DNA from: Azolla caroliniana
Lineage: Eukaryota > Plantae > Polypodiophyta
Direction of reading: 5' to 3'
Assembly: GCA_043228905.1 (NCBI GenBank)
Contig: JBHGNT010000051.1
Coordinates: forward strand, 62,001 to 126,000
Length of the DNA: 64,000 nucleotides
Under the pieces are notes generated by a model. That model had not been told where the DNA came from. It worked only from the letters and a program-made list of their open reading frames with translations, and made no database searches. Below, piece after piece: positions 1 through 11,673 of the stretch; positions within the stretch are counted from its first letter, which is position 1; every line of letters starts with the position of its first letter. Both the position numbers and the translations under genes were made by a program.

Positions 1-1427
1 GTGCTTTCTTGGAGAGGATTAAGTGGTTGAGGCGGTATGTCTTCTGCTCCTTGGGAAGGGAAGGGGTGGAGGTGGGACAACGTGGGTGTAATAGGAGGGT
101 TGGGGGAAGGATTTGAAGGTGGTCCATACCCGTGATTGCTGCCCCACACAATTTCGACACGGGTATGGGATTGGTGCAACGGAGGATGTGGTACCGGCAG
201 CTTGGTATCCAGTACGGCTCGAGCAACAGCTGTTCAAAAAGTTGAGAGCTTCGAGTGGGCGGGTGACTATTATGGCACCCTTCACTGAGAACCTCATATG
301 TGCGGTGTTGTGGTGACAGCGACGTCGACAACGGATGTGTGGCGGTCCATGGTATGTCCTTGGTCCTCATTTCCGGGGGGGGTATTACATGGGATTGACA
401 TTGGTCAGAAAAGATTGGTTCCCGGGGAGGCGGTGGAGGCATCGGTATATTGATGAGTTTAACAATAGGCTCATGTATATTATGTCTGCTGTTAATTGGG
501 TTAAGTCGATAAGAGAGTTCATGGGTTGCTATGTTATAGGAATAAGCGCGTTGAATGGGTGCCTGTTGCTGAGGAAGGCTTGATGGTTGGCGATGGTGAA
601 AGGCCGGTGGCTGCGGATGATGTTGAACCTATGGATGGTATTGGTCCGGTCGCAATTGATGTACCTACGTTTGATGACAGTATGGTGGCTGAAAATGTTT
701 CAGTGGCTATTGGTGGTGATGTTGGTGGTGGTGGTGGTATGATGGAGGAGCTTGTGATTTTAGATGATGATGATGAGGATTGTGGTTTTGTTTATGGTAA
801 TTTAACTGTGAAGCTTGTAATTGATGATGGTGATGATGACTATGACGGTCCGACCATTGTTTATATTGATTACTATTATGGTTCGTGTGAAAGGAGTGTT
901 TGTGGGAGCTACCCGGGTATGGATTGGGTATGGGTTTGGGGTTAGAGTTAGCGTATAGGTTTTGTTTAGGGTGTTGTTTAGGGTTAGTATTGCATTTATG
1001 GTTTGGGTTTGGTTTGTTGAGGCCATTGGTGTATGCTTTATGGTTTTTTGGGTTTTTTGGGGAAGGGGCATCTTTAAAGTTTAGGTTTTTTGAGGAGTTG
1101 AAATTTGGTGGGTTAACATAATCCGGTGGTGTCTTGGTACTGTTCGAGGGGGGTATGAAGGATGGGCTATCGTAGAAGACGTCTTCAGCATGTTCTCCCA
1201 TGTCGTCTTCTTCTTCTATTACTTCTATTCCAAAGTTATAGCCGATGGCATAGTTATTGCAAGTATTAAGTAGATCTTCAATGTATTGTTCTAAGTAGGC
1301 CGTGATTTCTTCTAAGAATTTTTCGGGAGTGACATAATTAGAGACGCCATTTAGGTTGTAAGGTTCTTGTAGGGTGTTGGTGAGTTGTAGTAGATCTTTC
1401 CTTTAGGGAAATCATCTAATAACTTGG
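1..1427 (-). other. Degenerate low-complexity ORF region, possibly an ORF1-like remnant of the Penelope-like element interrupted by the gypsy insertion
   Basis: Broken N/P/H/K-rich minus-strand frames (707..1201) with CCCTAA-like motifs; same strand and G/T-rich + strand composition as 8931-12780. Confidence 0.3.
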
Positions 1428-1951
1428 TGTGAGAGTGTACGAGAAGATCTAAGTGTTTTACATAAGTGCAAGTAAGTTCTTTGTTATATTGAATGGTTAG
1501 ACATACATTTTGGCCTTACAAGGATTCGAGCCCAAAACGTCTTGGTCTATATGTTAGACCTTTAACCATTATACTAACATATATCATGTATAGTTATGAT
1601 AAATGTATTATTAGTTATTACAAGATATTTAGAGTATTCTAGAACATTGTAGGATATTCCATTATTATATTAAATATCATAAATATCTAAAATATTCTAG
1701 AACATTCTAGAATACTCCATAAGGACCTATAAATAGGTGTCTATTCATTTATCACAACTCATTCGGTTCAACACTAGTTTGTAGCCCCTTAGCCTACTCT
1801 TTGTAATCCTTGCTCTCTTATAATATAAACTCTCTTTCCATTTCTAGTGTTCTTTCTCTCCCTCCCGCCCTCCCTCCCTCCCACTCTCTCTCTCTCCCTC
1901 TACCTTCTATTGTCATCTTATTTTTCTCTCTCCTATTTCCAAGTCACGACA
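1428..1951 (+). repeat. 5' LTR of the gypsy element
   Basis: Begins TGTGAG, ends TCACGACA; TATAAATA at 1728-1735, CT-rich 3' part, gag starts about 100 nt downstream. No second LTR to confirm the boundaries. Confidence 0.6.
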
Positions 1952-2047
1952 GTTTGAACCAAATCTAACTCTTTTTTCTTCTTCTCCAACTTCTTCTTCT
2001 TATCTTAACATTATTTCAGGGAAATCTAGCAATTTTCTATCGCAACT

Positions 2048-2461
2048 ATGGAGTCCATCAGCAAGCAAGACTATATGCGTGTTCTCTCCGAGCTTGAAAT
2101 GCTAACAACCAAATTCGTGGCACTAGAGCATGAAAATCAAAGATTGTTGGGAGACCTACAACAAGTAAGTGCTGAGAAAGTACAACAATATGAAGAAGAT
2201 TTTGAAGGGTTTATTAATGAGTTCCAAGTCAACTTTGGAGACACTCATAGTATGAGGACTGCAATAAACAAAATTCGACGATTACGACAAGGAGATTGTC
2301 CTGCTTCCGCTTATGCTGTAGATTTTCGCCTTCTAGCATGTGATATTCCATGGGACGTGGCGGCATTAATGGACCAATTTCGTCAAGGTCTGCGCAATGA
2401 TGTGAAGGATTTACTTCTTATCTTCCATGAGCATCAACCATATAATTGCCCAATTGATTTG
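2048..2461 (+). pseudogene. gag: Gypsy gag fragment fused directly to the pre-RT segment (protease deleted)
   Basis: Retrotransposon gag motif LRQGDCPASAYAVDFRLLA...QFRQGLRNDVKD, then HQPYNCPIDL. Confidence 0.8.
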
Positions 2462-3217
2462 TGACGGGAACTTGTCGTTCCTTATGCGCAAGACTCGGCC
2501 ACAACCGAGATTCTTTTCATACACAGAAAGCGGGAAATAGAACACGACACAAAAAAAGGAGAAATGGTACACAGGAGGTTAACGTGGAAAACCCCAAACT
2601 AGGGGAAAAACCACGGCAGCCCACAGGCTGCAAACTGTCACTATGTATGAATGTACAAAATAGTGAGTTCACGGAGGCAACGACCTCGTGCTCACGATCT
2701 TCGCCACAAGCGGCGGTTACAACAGAGGCAGCGACCTCTTTCTCTCTCTCTCTCTATACAACGTTACGTGCTCTTTCTTCTTCTTCTTGCACCAACAAGA
2801 AAATGACAGGAACTACTTAAAAGTTTGCCCTAAGTCATATTTATACTAATATGACTTTTCAGCTATTTACAAATGTAGCCACAATGGGCTCTCAGAAACA
2901 TATTTACGAATATGTCTCTTCCTCCGGTTCATACCGGTTCTGCACCATCCGGCTCTCCGTAGCCGGGTACTCCTCATCCGGTTCACACCGGGCCTGCACC
3001 ATCCGGCTCTCCGTAGTCGGGTACTACTCATCCAGTTCACACCGGGCCTGTATCATTCGGCTCTCCGTAGCCGGGTACTACTCATCCGGTTCACACCGGG
3101 CCTGTATCATCCGGGTCTCCGTAGCCGGGTACTCCTCATACCATATCGGCCGAGGCCGAGTTTGTTCGTCGGCACTGTTCTTCTCTCATCCCATCCGGAG
3201 GGACCTGTCTCCCAACA
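2462..3217 (-). repeat. 3' LTR of copia copy 1
   Basis: Direct repeat of 7321-8075, roughly 2-3% different by eye; contains about four ~54-bp tandem units. Confidence 0.95.
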
Positions 3218-3227
3218 AACTCCCCCT

Positions 3228-6200
3228 TCACTTCGGCATGGGGGTGTCTTACCAGTCCGATTCTCTTCCGGCATGTATCCAGCTTGTCGGGTGTCAGCAC
3301 TTTGGTCAGCATATCTGACCTGTTCTCGGCCGTGTGGATCTTCGTCAGTGCGAACTCCTGGTCATCTACTTTTTCCCGGATCCAATGATACCTCTGCTGT
3401 ATATGCTTCGTCCGGGAATGGTAGGCCGCATTTTTAGCAAGGTGGATGGCACTTTGACTGTCGCAATAGAGTCGGTATTCCTCTTGCCGTATACCGAGCT
3501 CTCCGATGAAGTCCTTCATCCATAATATTTCCTTGCCGGCTTCCACAGCCGCCATGTACTCCGCCTCTGTGGTTGACAATGCAACCGTCTTCTGCAGCCT
3601 CGATTGCCACGAAACAGCTCCCCCTGCATATGTCATCACATACTCGGATGTAGACCGGCTGGTATCCACATCAGCCGACATGTCCGAATCGGTGAAACCG
3701 TCCAGTTGAGGTTTTCTGGAGCCGAATCGGAGACACATATTTGAAGTGCCCTTCAAATACCGGAGTATCCACTTGACCGCGTTCCAGTGCTCCTTGCCGG
3801 GATTGCTCATAAACCGGCTCACCACTCCGACTGCGTATCCAATGTCCGGTCGAGTACAAACCATTGCGTACATCAAGCTCCCGACGGCAGAGGCATATGG
3901 GATCTTCATCATATCCGCCTTCTCTGCTTTCGTCCTCGGGCTTTGCTTACCGGATAGCTTGCAGTTTGCCGAAAGTGTCGATCCGACCGGTTTCGCTTCT
4001 GACATGTTGAACCGGTGAAGCACCTTTGTCATGTACTTCTCCTGTGACAGCCATAATTGCTTCGCTTTCCGGTTACGGATGATGTGCATCCCCAACATCT
4101 GTCTTGCCGGACCCAAGTCTTTCATTGAGAAGGTCCGGTTTAGAGCCTCCTTCAGCATCCGTATTTTGACTTGGTCGCGTCCGACGATCAACATGTCATC
4201 CACATATAGGAGGAGTATTAAGAAGTCACCTCCTTCGAACTTCTTCACAAACACGCAATGATTGGCCCGCGTCTTGTGGTACCCTTGATCGGTCATGAAG
4301 GAGTCGAACTTCCGGTACCATTGTCGGGGAGCCTGCTTCAGTCCGTACAGGCTCTTCTTCAACCGGCATACCAGGTGCTCCTTCCCTTTCTCCACAAATC
4401 CTTCCGGTTGCTGCATGTAGATCTCCTCTTCGAGGTCGCCGTGAAGGAATGTCGTCTTCACGTCCAGCTGCTCTACCTCGAGGTCCATGCTAGCTGCTAT
4501 ACTCAGCACCGTCCGGATGGAGGTCATCTTTACTACCGGGGCAAATATCTCGTCGAAGTCCACGCCCTTCTTCTGCTGGAACCCCTTCACCACGATCTTG
4601 GCTTTGTATCTCGGGGGGTTGCCGGCATCTCCCGGTTTCAACTTGTACACCCACTTGTTTCGGAGTGCCCGCTTTCCTTTCGGCAGCTCCACCAATTCGT
4701 ACGTATGGTTCTCATGTAGGGAATCCATCTCGTCCTGCATGGCACTTAACCATTTTCGGATGTGGGTGTCATCCTCCGCTTCTTTGAAGCTTTCCGGCTC
4801 CCCCTCATCGGTCAGCAGAACATGCTCTGCATCCGGAAATCTCCGGGGGGCCCTTCTCTCTCTCAGAGGATATCTCCGCCTTTGGGCTTCGGTGACCGGC
4901 TCATCCATATGCTCTTCATCCGAATCCGATTCGGGGTCTTGGCCGATTCCGGTCTCAGCTTCCTCTACTTCTTCTTCTGCCGGTTCGGTATCCTCACCGT
5001 AACCGGCTGGTTCCTCGAGTGCTAACCGGTCTCTTGCCGGTTGGGTCTGCTCATCGTAGAGTCTATCCTTACCTGTCGACTCGGAGTTCATTATCTTCTT
5101 CTACGACTCCCAGTCGGCGAGCGTCTTGTTCTCCATGAAGATAATATCTCGACTCCGGAATACCTTCTTGTCGACCGGGTCCCACACTCGGTAGCCGAAC
5201 TCATCATCACCGTAACCGAGGAATATGCATGGCCAGGTCTTTGGATCTAACTTTCCTCTCCGGTCCTTTGCTACATGCACGTACGCGAGACACCCAAACA
5301 CCTTCAGATGCCGGTAGGACACTTCCTTAACGGTCCATACTCTCTGTGGCGTGTCTCCGTCCAAGGGTACTGAGGGTGATCTATTTATCACGTATGTCGC
5401 CATAGACAGTGCCTCAGCCCAAAACTTCTTGGGTAGTTTTACATGCGCTAGCATACTCCGGACCCTCTCCATTATGGTCCGGTTCATCCTCTTGGCCAGT
5501 CCGTTTAGTTCCGGCGTCTTCGGCACGGTAAATTCGAGCCGGATTCCTTTCGAGCGGTAGTACTCCTCGAACTGCCCCCGGTACTCTCCTCCGTTGTCTG
5601 CTTGAACCGTCTTCAGCTTCCGGCCGGTTTCTCTTTCCACTCTTGCGTGGAGCTCTTTGAAGACGGATAACACCTGATCCTTTGTCTTCAACGGTGTGGC
5701 CCACAACTTCCGGCTGTGGTCATCTATGAACGTCACGAAGTACTGCGCTCCGGCATGTGACTTCGTGTCTACTTGACACACATCCGTATGCACCAACTCC
5801 AGTGGTGCATTACGTCTCATCGGTGGCCTTGATCGAAAGGAGGTCCAATTCTGCTTACCGGCCAGACAATCAATGCACTTCTCCAAGTGCACGTTCTTCA
5901 CTGGAATGAGGTTGTCGTCTGCAAGCCTCTTCATCCCCTTCTCGCTCATATGACACAGCCTCTTGTGCCACAGCTCACCGGCAGTGTCGGATGCCACGTT
6001 CACTTCTTCCGGACATAACCGGGCATTCATCAGGTACAATGCGTTTACCTTCTGGGCCCGAGCCACAATCAAGCTCCCTTTGCTGAACTTCATGACACCG
6101 TTCCGAATGCTACCCGTGTAGCCTTCATCATCTAGGCGACCGGCTGATATCAGGTTCAGACGAACCTCCGGAACGTGTCGGACATCCTTCAGCAGCAACT

Positions 6201-7290
6201 TGCATCCTGTTGGTGTTGACAGCCACACGTCTCCTATGCCGATAATTCGGCATGTACCTTCATTCCCCATCCGGACACAGCCGTGGTCACCGGCTGAGTA
6301 GGATGAGAAGCATTTCCGGTCCGGGGTAAGGTGGAACGACGCTCCGGAGTCTACCACCCAGGTCATCTCATCGCCGGCAAGGTTCATCTCACTCTCCTCG
6401 GTGATGAGCATAAACTCTTTTTCACTTGCCGCGATTGTCGTTGTTCCCTTCCGGTCCGGCCCCCTCCGGTCTTTACCGTTCCGGTCTTTACCGTTCCGGT
6501 CTGGGGTTTGCTTCGAATCGGTACCGTTGGTTTCCTTGTCTTTACGGAAATGCCGACAGTTCTTTTGGAAGTGTCCCGGCTTGCCGCAATAGAAGCAAGT
6601 AGGCCTCCCCCTTGACTTTGACCGTTTCCCCGACTTCTCCCGGTTCTGAGGACTACGGTTTCTATGTCTTACGCATTCCGATTCGGTAAGGAGCGCTTTG
6701 GAGTCGGAGCTCGTATCTTTATCCTTCCGACGCGCCTCCTCATCTAGCAAGCTCGACTTTACTCTTGCTAGGGATAACCGTTTTCCTTCCGGCCCGGCGT
6801 TGCCCAAAGTGACAACCAACGTCTCCCAGCTATCCGGGAGGGAACCGAGCAGGAGTAGCGCTAGTACCTCGTCGGCAAGAGGTACTTCCAATGACGTTGC
6901 CTGGTGTATCAGCCCCTGGAAGGCATTCATGTGCTCCGCCATGCTAGAGCCATCTTGGTACCGGAGTCTTACTAGCTTCCGGAATACCGAAACCTGATTG
7001 ACAACATTTTTGTTTTGGAACATTATGCCGATCTTCTCCCAGAGGTCATGAGCCTTGCTCTTTTCATTGAAGTTGTTGTATAGGCTCATGTCGATGAAGC
7101 ACCGTATGTACGCCGTTGTCTTCATGTGCATCACCTCCCATATCGCGGCGTCGATTTTGTCCGGTCTCTTGTCCCCGAACTAAACCAGCAGCCAGAGGTC
7201 TTTAACCACGAGCATGTCCCTCATCTTCGACTTCCACACTGAATAGTTGGAGCCGGTGAACTTGAACATGCCGCCAAACGATTCGTCCAT
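3228..7290 (-). pseudogene. gag-pol: Copia gag-pol polyprotein with stops at ~7180 and ~5101 and a C-terminal +1 frameshift
   Basis: Zn knuckle CFYCGKPGHFQKNC, protease WVVDSGAS, integrase LVHTD/ADNGGEY, RT YVDD, RNase H DSDM...TTEAEY. Confidence 0.95.
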
Positions 7291-7320
7291 TTTCTGTGTT
7301 GATTTCGCTCTGATACCACT

Positions 7321-8075
7321 TGACGGGAACTTGTCGTTCCTTATGCCCAAGACTCGGCCACAACCGAGATTCTTTTCATACACAGAAAGCGGGAAATAGA
7401 ACACGACACAAAAAAAGGAGAAAATGGAACACAGGAGGTTAACGTGGAAAACCCCAAACTAGGGGAAAAACCACGGCAGCCCACAGGCTGCAAACTGTCA
7501 CTATGTATGAATGTACAAAATAGTGAGTTCATGGAGGCAACGACCTCGTGCTCACGATCTTCGCCACAAGCGGCGGTTACAACAGAGGCAGCGACCTCTT
7601 TCTCTCTCTCTCTATACAACGTTACGTGCTCTTTCTTCTTCTTCTTGCACCAACAAGAAAATGACAACAACTACTTAAAAGTTTGCCCTAAGTCATATTT
7701 ATACTAATATGACTTTTTGGCTATTTACAAATGTAGCCACAATGGGCTCTCAGAAACATATTTACGAATATGTCTCTTCCTCCGGTTCATACCGGTTCTG
7801 CACCATCCGGCTCTCCGTAGCCGGGTACTCCTCATTCGGTTCACACCGGGCCTGCACCATCCGGCTCTCCGTAGCCGGGTACTACTCATCTGGTTCACAC
7901 CGGGCCTGTATCATCCGGCTCTCCGTAGTCGGGTACTACTCATCCGGTTCACACCGGGCCTGTATCATCCGGGTCTCCATAGCCGGGTACTCCTCATACC
8001 GTATCGGCCGAGGCCGAGTTTGTTCGTCGGCACTGTTCTTCTCTCTTCCCATCCGGAGGGACCTGTCTCCCAACA
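7321..8075 (-). repeat. 5' LTR of copia copy 1
   Basis: TG...CA on the minus strand, adjacent to the PBS. Confidence 0.95.
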
Positions 8076-8080
8076 ATTTG

Positions 8081-8930
8081 CAACCCGGAAAAGAGCCTCC
8101 ATGGGGGCCAATTTATAACCTTTCACCCACGGAATTAGAGGTTCTTCAAGAATATATCGATGAGAACTGGGCAAATGGTTTTATCCAGAATTCAATATCT
8201 CCTACTGAGCACACCCATATTTTTCGTTAAGAAGAAAGATGGTTCGCTTCGTATGGTCGTGGATTATCAAGGATTGAATAAAGTAACTATTCGAAACCGA
8301 TATGCTCTACCATGGATTTTGAGCCTTCTGGAATGCCTAAATGGAGCTAAGTATTTCACAAAATTAGATCTTCGAGGTGCTTACAATCTTGTTCGAATTC
8401 GTCCTGGGGATAAATGGAAGAGTGCTTTCCGTACTCGCTATGGCCATTTTGAGTATACAATGATTCCATTTGGTCTCACGAATGCTCCAACAGTTTTCCA
8501 ACATATGGCAAATGACATTTTTCGAGATTTCCTCGATATTTTCGTCATAATTTACCTGGATGATATCTTGATCTACTCAAAAACTCAAGAGGATCATGAT
8601 ATACACGTTCAACAAGCTTTACAATGGTTGCGTGAATATGGTCTCTATGCAAAGTTGGAGAAGTGTAGTTTCGACTAGCGTCAAGGGGATTTTTTGGGAT
8701 ACATAGTCTCTTCACATGGCATCTCTATGGATCCAGCAAAGGTTCAAACAGTTTGGGATTGGCAAAAACCACAGTCTGTGCGAGATGTACAATGGTTTTT
8801 AGGGTTCGCAAACTTTTATCACAAGTTCATCAAAGATTATTCAAAGATCATATTGCTCCCCTCACTCAACTGACACAGAAGAATCGACCATTTGTGTGGA
8901 GTATAAATGCAAACTCTGCATTTGAAGATG
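8081..8930 (+). pseudogene. pol: Gypsy reverse transcriptase fragment (frameshifts and stops)
   Basis: [57 protein letters not shown]. Confidence 0.92.
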
Positions 8931-9612
8931 TTTTTTTCGTTTAAAAAGATTTTTGAAATCCGCGAGAGCTTTAGTTTTGTAGTCTACATGATATCGAGAG
9001 CAAAAAGTGTGGGTTAACGCTGCAGTTGCCTTGGTAGAAGTTGTATCATTAGGAGAGAGAGCGAGGAGGATGTCTCTGGCTCGTTTAGAAGGACGTTTGT
9101 TGGCGCTTAATCTCTTAGCTAGGGTGGGGGTAGCCAAATCTTGTGCTACAGATGTTCCCATTGTTTGTTGAGGGCACTCGTCATTAGATTGCAGCTCAAG
9201 GTTAGTTGATGGAGAACCACAATGGGTGCCATTCTCTGATGAGGGAGCCTCCATAGAAGAATAGGGTTTAGGGTAAGTGGACCAAAGGGCCTAAAACAAG
9301 GAGTGCGGGCACAAGAAGTGGGTTGTTGGAGAGTAAGATGGGAGACACTCTATTGTGGGGGGAGTATGAGGGTTTAGGGCATTGGAGGTTAAGGTGTTGG
9401 ATGTAGGATAGAGAGTAAGTAGGTAGGGGGAATATGGTGAATTAGTGGGTTTTGTATTTTAGGGTTTTTTTTTAAGGGGTGTATTATCAAAGTATAAATG
9501 AAAGGCTAACATGGTTAGTATATATATCTTGAGGAAAACATTGTTAGTCCATTCAAGAGATAAATAGATAGATTAGGAAGAGGGTAAACAAAGTATTGAA
9601 AATGTATTAAAT

Positions 9613-9672
9613 ATGACCTTTAGCTACTGTAAACTAGTTTCGCTCAATGAGCTCATCAGTGCAAGAGGTCAT
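9613..9672 (-). ncRNA. Minimal type I hammerhead ribozyme motif (slightly degenerate)
   Basis: Minus strand ATGACCT-CTTGCA-CTGATGA-GCTC att GAGC-GAAA-CTAG-TT-TACA-GTAGCTAA-AGGTCAT: both core boxes, 4-bp stem II, palindromic mini stem III, 7-bp distal stem I. Confidence 0.8.
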
Positions 9673-9997
9673 TTTGATACAAAGGGGGCTATATATAGTG
9701 ACTTAGGGGTGGGGTGTGGGTGGTATGGGAGTGGTGGATTTTTGAATGTGGGGATGACAATGGGTTTAAGGGGTTTAAAGGGTGTAGAGAGGGATAAATG
9801 TGTAAAGGAGAGTATGAAAGGAGACATGGGTGGTTGGTTTCTAGAGTGACGTGTGGGTGCTAATTAAGAGATAGGCGGCTGGTGATAAGTGGTTTGGAAT
9901 GGAATAAATGGTTGTAATAAGGGGACATGACTGAGTGTGATAAGGAGGAAGGTATGATTGAGTGTGATAAGTGAAGAAATAAAAGGTGTGTGATAAG

Positions 9998-10470
9998 TGT
10001 TAGGAAACAGGTCCCTCCGGATGGGAAGTGAGAAGAAACCGGAAATCGTGGAGATAGCCAACATGGAAGGCTAAGTTTGTAAATAGTCTGAATATGCCCC
10101 CGTGGGGTAAACTTGAAAACAGTCGAAAGGTTACATTAGTATATAAGTACTTAGGGAAATCATGTTAGAGATGTGCGTTATTGAAAAGTTACTGTTAACG
10201 AGGTTGTTGCCTTTGGAACTGTTAGAGTGAATGAGTGTGAGTGGAAGCGAGTGAGCTCCATAGCCGCCTATTGGCGAAGCAGGATCTCGAGGTCGTTGCC
10301 TCTGAGATCTCTGATTGTATTCCTTTCTCTCATAGTGTTCTGTTTTGGAGTTTGTGGACTGCACGTGGTTTTTTCCCCGTTCGGGTTTCCATGTTAAAAT
10401 CTGTGTCATTCTCAATTTCTGTATTCCACACACGTACAACCGGTTGTGGCCAACAACGATTTTAACTTCA
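9998..10470 (+). mobile_element. Solo LTR related to the copia family of copies 1-3
   Basis: TGTTAGG...CTTCA with TSD ATAAG (9993-9997, 10471-10475); shares CAGGTCCCTCCGGATGGGA and CGTGGTTTTTTCCCC motifs with the copia LTRs. Confidence 0.88.
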
Positions 10471-10504
10471 ATAAGCGGGGAAATAAAGTGTTTGAAATAA
10501 AGAG

Positions 10505-10881
10505 ATTTTAGGAGAGGGGTACGAGGAAAGGAAATTATAGGCGGGAGTGGGAGGAGAGAGGAGAGAGAGGAGTGAGAAGAGGAGAATGACAGGATATAAA
10601 AAGGTAGAGAGAGGAGGGAGGGAAGAGTGGCCTTGTGTTACGTGAGAAATAGAAATTATAGGGAGGGGGAGGTGAAAAAAGGTAGAGAGAGGAGAGGGAG
10701 GAAGGGAAAGTTAGAGAGAGGAGGGAGGGAAGAGTAGCCTTATGTTACGTGAGAAATAGAAATTGGAGGGTAAAGGAGGAAAAAGGTAGAGAGAGGAGAG
10801 GGAGGAAGGGAAAGTTAGAGAGAGGAGAGAGAAAGGAAAAGGTGGGAAGAGTGGCCTATAGTGTTTTAGGTAGTGACGAAA

Positions 10882-10929
<48 letters not shown>

Positions 10930-10945
10930 GAAGAGAAGGAAGGAG
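10505..10945. repeat. Polypurine tract with internal ~100-bp duplications and a (GA)n microsatellite (~10886-10926)
   Basis: Repeated AAAAAGGTAGAGAGAGGAG and GTTACGTGAGAAATAGAAATT blocks. Confidence 0.85.
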
Positions 10946-10969
10946 AAAATATATGTGAGGCGTAATTAC

Positions 10970-11655
10970 GACGAGATGGAAAGGGTGGTAATATTTTTTG
11001 GTTTCACAAGGAGTGAGTGGAGGTTTTTGGGTTTCGTCCAACAAATAATTGGTTTGGGGATATGTTGGAGTTCTTGATCTAATTGTGTATCTATGTGAAG
11101 CTTAGTAAGGATATCATTGATTTTTAGTTGCGGGGTGTCGAGAGTGTACTTGAAATTAAAGATAATGGGTGTAGAGTGTTCTCTCGTTGTAGTATGTGTG
11201 AGGAAAGAAAGGTCTAAGGTGATATGGGTTTTGTTTAAAAAATTTCAATATAAAATTAGAGGGATATCCTTGGGCTCTAAGTCTAGAAAAGAAATTATGT
11301 TGCATAGATTGATATCCTAGAGTTGTACTCTCCCGAACCATATATCGTTTAAGCTCATTCGAGATGAAGCTTTTTTTGACATGGGTTGGGTGGGTGGAAG
11401 AAAAAGGGATATATTGATAAGTTTTCAGTAGTTTTTGGAAGCAATTCAAAGTGAAGGTGGAATTTTCTAAATTTACCCAGATATCTAAAAAGGGTAGTTG
11501 TGTGTAAGAAGTTTGGATGGTCAGCTTGAGAGAGTTGTTGGTGGTTATACTATAGAGGGTTAAATAGGTGGTTAGTTGGGATTCGGATCTTGTCCAGATA
11601 CCGAAAGCGTCATCGATGTATCTAGGGAAATATACGAGATGAGGGGAAGGTTTGG
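10970..11655 (-). pseudogene. Penelope-like reverse transcriptase, 5'-truncated (palm end, thumb, linker)
   Basis: Minus frame reads HLVYFPRYIDDAFGIW...LPFLDIWV...YQYIPFSSTHPTHVKKSFISNELKRY...FFSRLRAQGYP, then a frameshifted KPIICWTKPKNLHSLLVKPK and stop. Confidence 0.85.
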
Positions 11656-11673
11656 AACCCTAAACCCTAAACC
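11656..11673. repeat. Short interstitial plant telomeric repeat (CCCTAAA)n
   Basis: AACCCTAAACCCTAAACC at the 5' truncation point of the PLE RT. Confidence 0.7.

Larger units (their letters stand above)
2462..8075 (-). mobile_element. Full-length Ty1/copia LTR retrotransposon (copy 1)
   Basis: LTRs 2462-3217 and 7321-8075; TSD ATTTG at 2457-2461 and 8076-8080; iMet PBS (minus TGGTATCAGAGC) at 7307-7318; PPT at 3218-3230; gag-PR-IN-RT-RH order. Confidence 0.97.
1428..8930 (+). mobile_element. Truncated Ty3/gypsy (chromovirus/Tf-like) element, split by a copia insertion; 3' half missing
   Basis: LTR-like block, gag fragment, and a pol frame that rejoins across the copia TSD as ...CPIDL|QPGKEPPWGPIYNLS..., followed by gypsy RT motifs. 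Confidence 0.85.

Noticed and set aside
2461-3318. ORFs within copia LTRs (2461..2820, 2851..3318 and their duplicates at 7444 and 7709)
   Set aside because: They arise from LTR tandem units and are duplicated with the LTR; no protein motifs.
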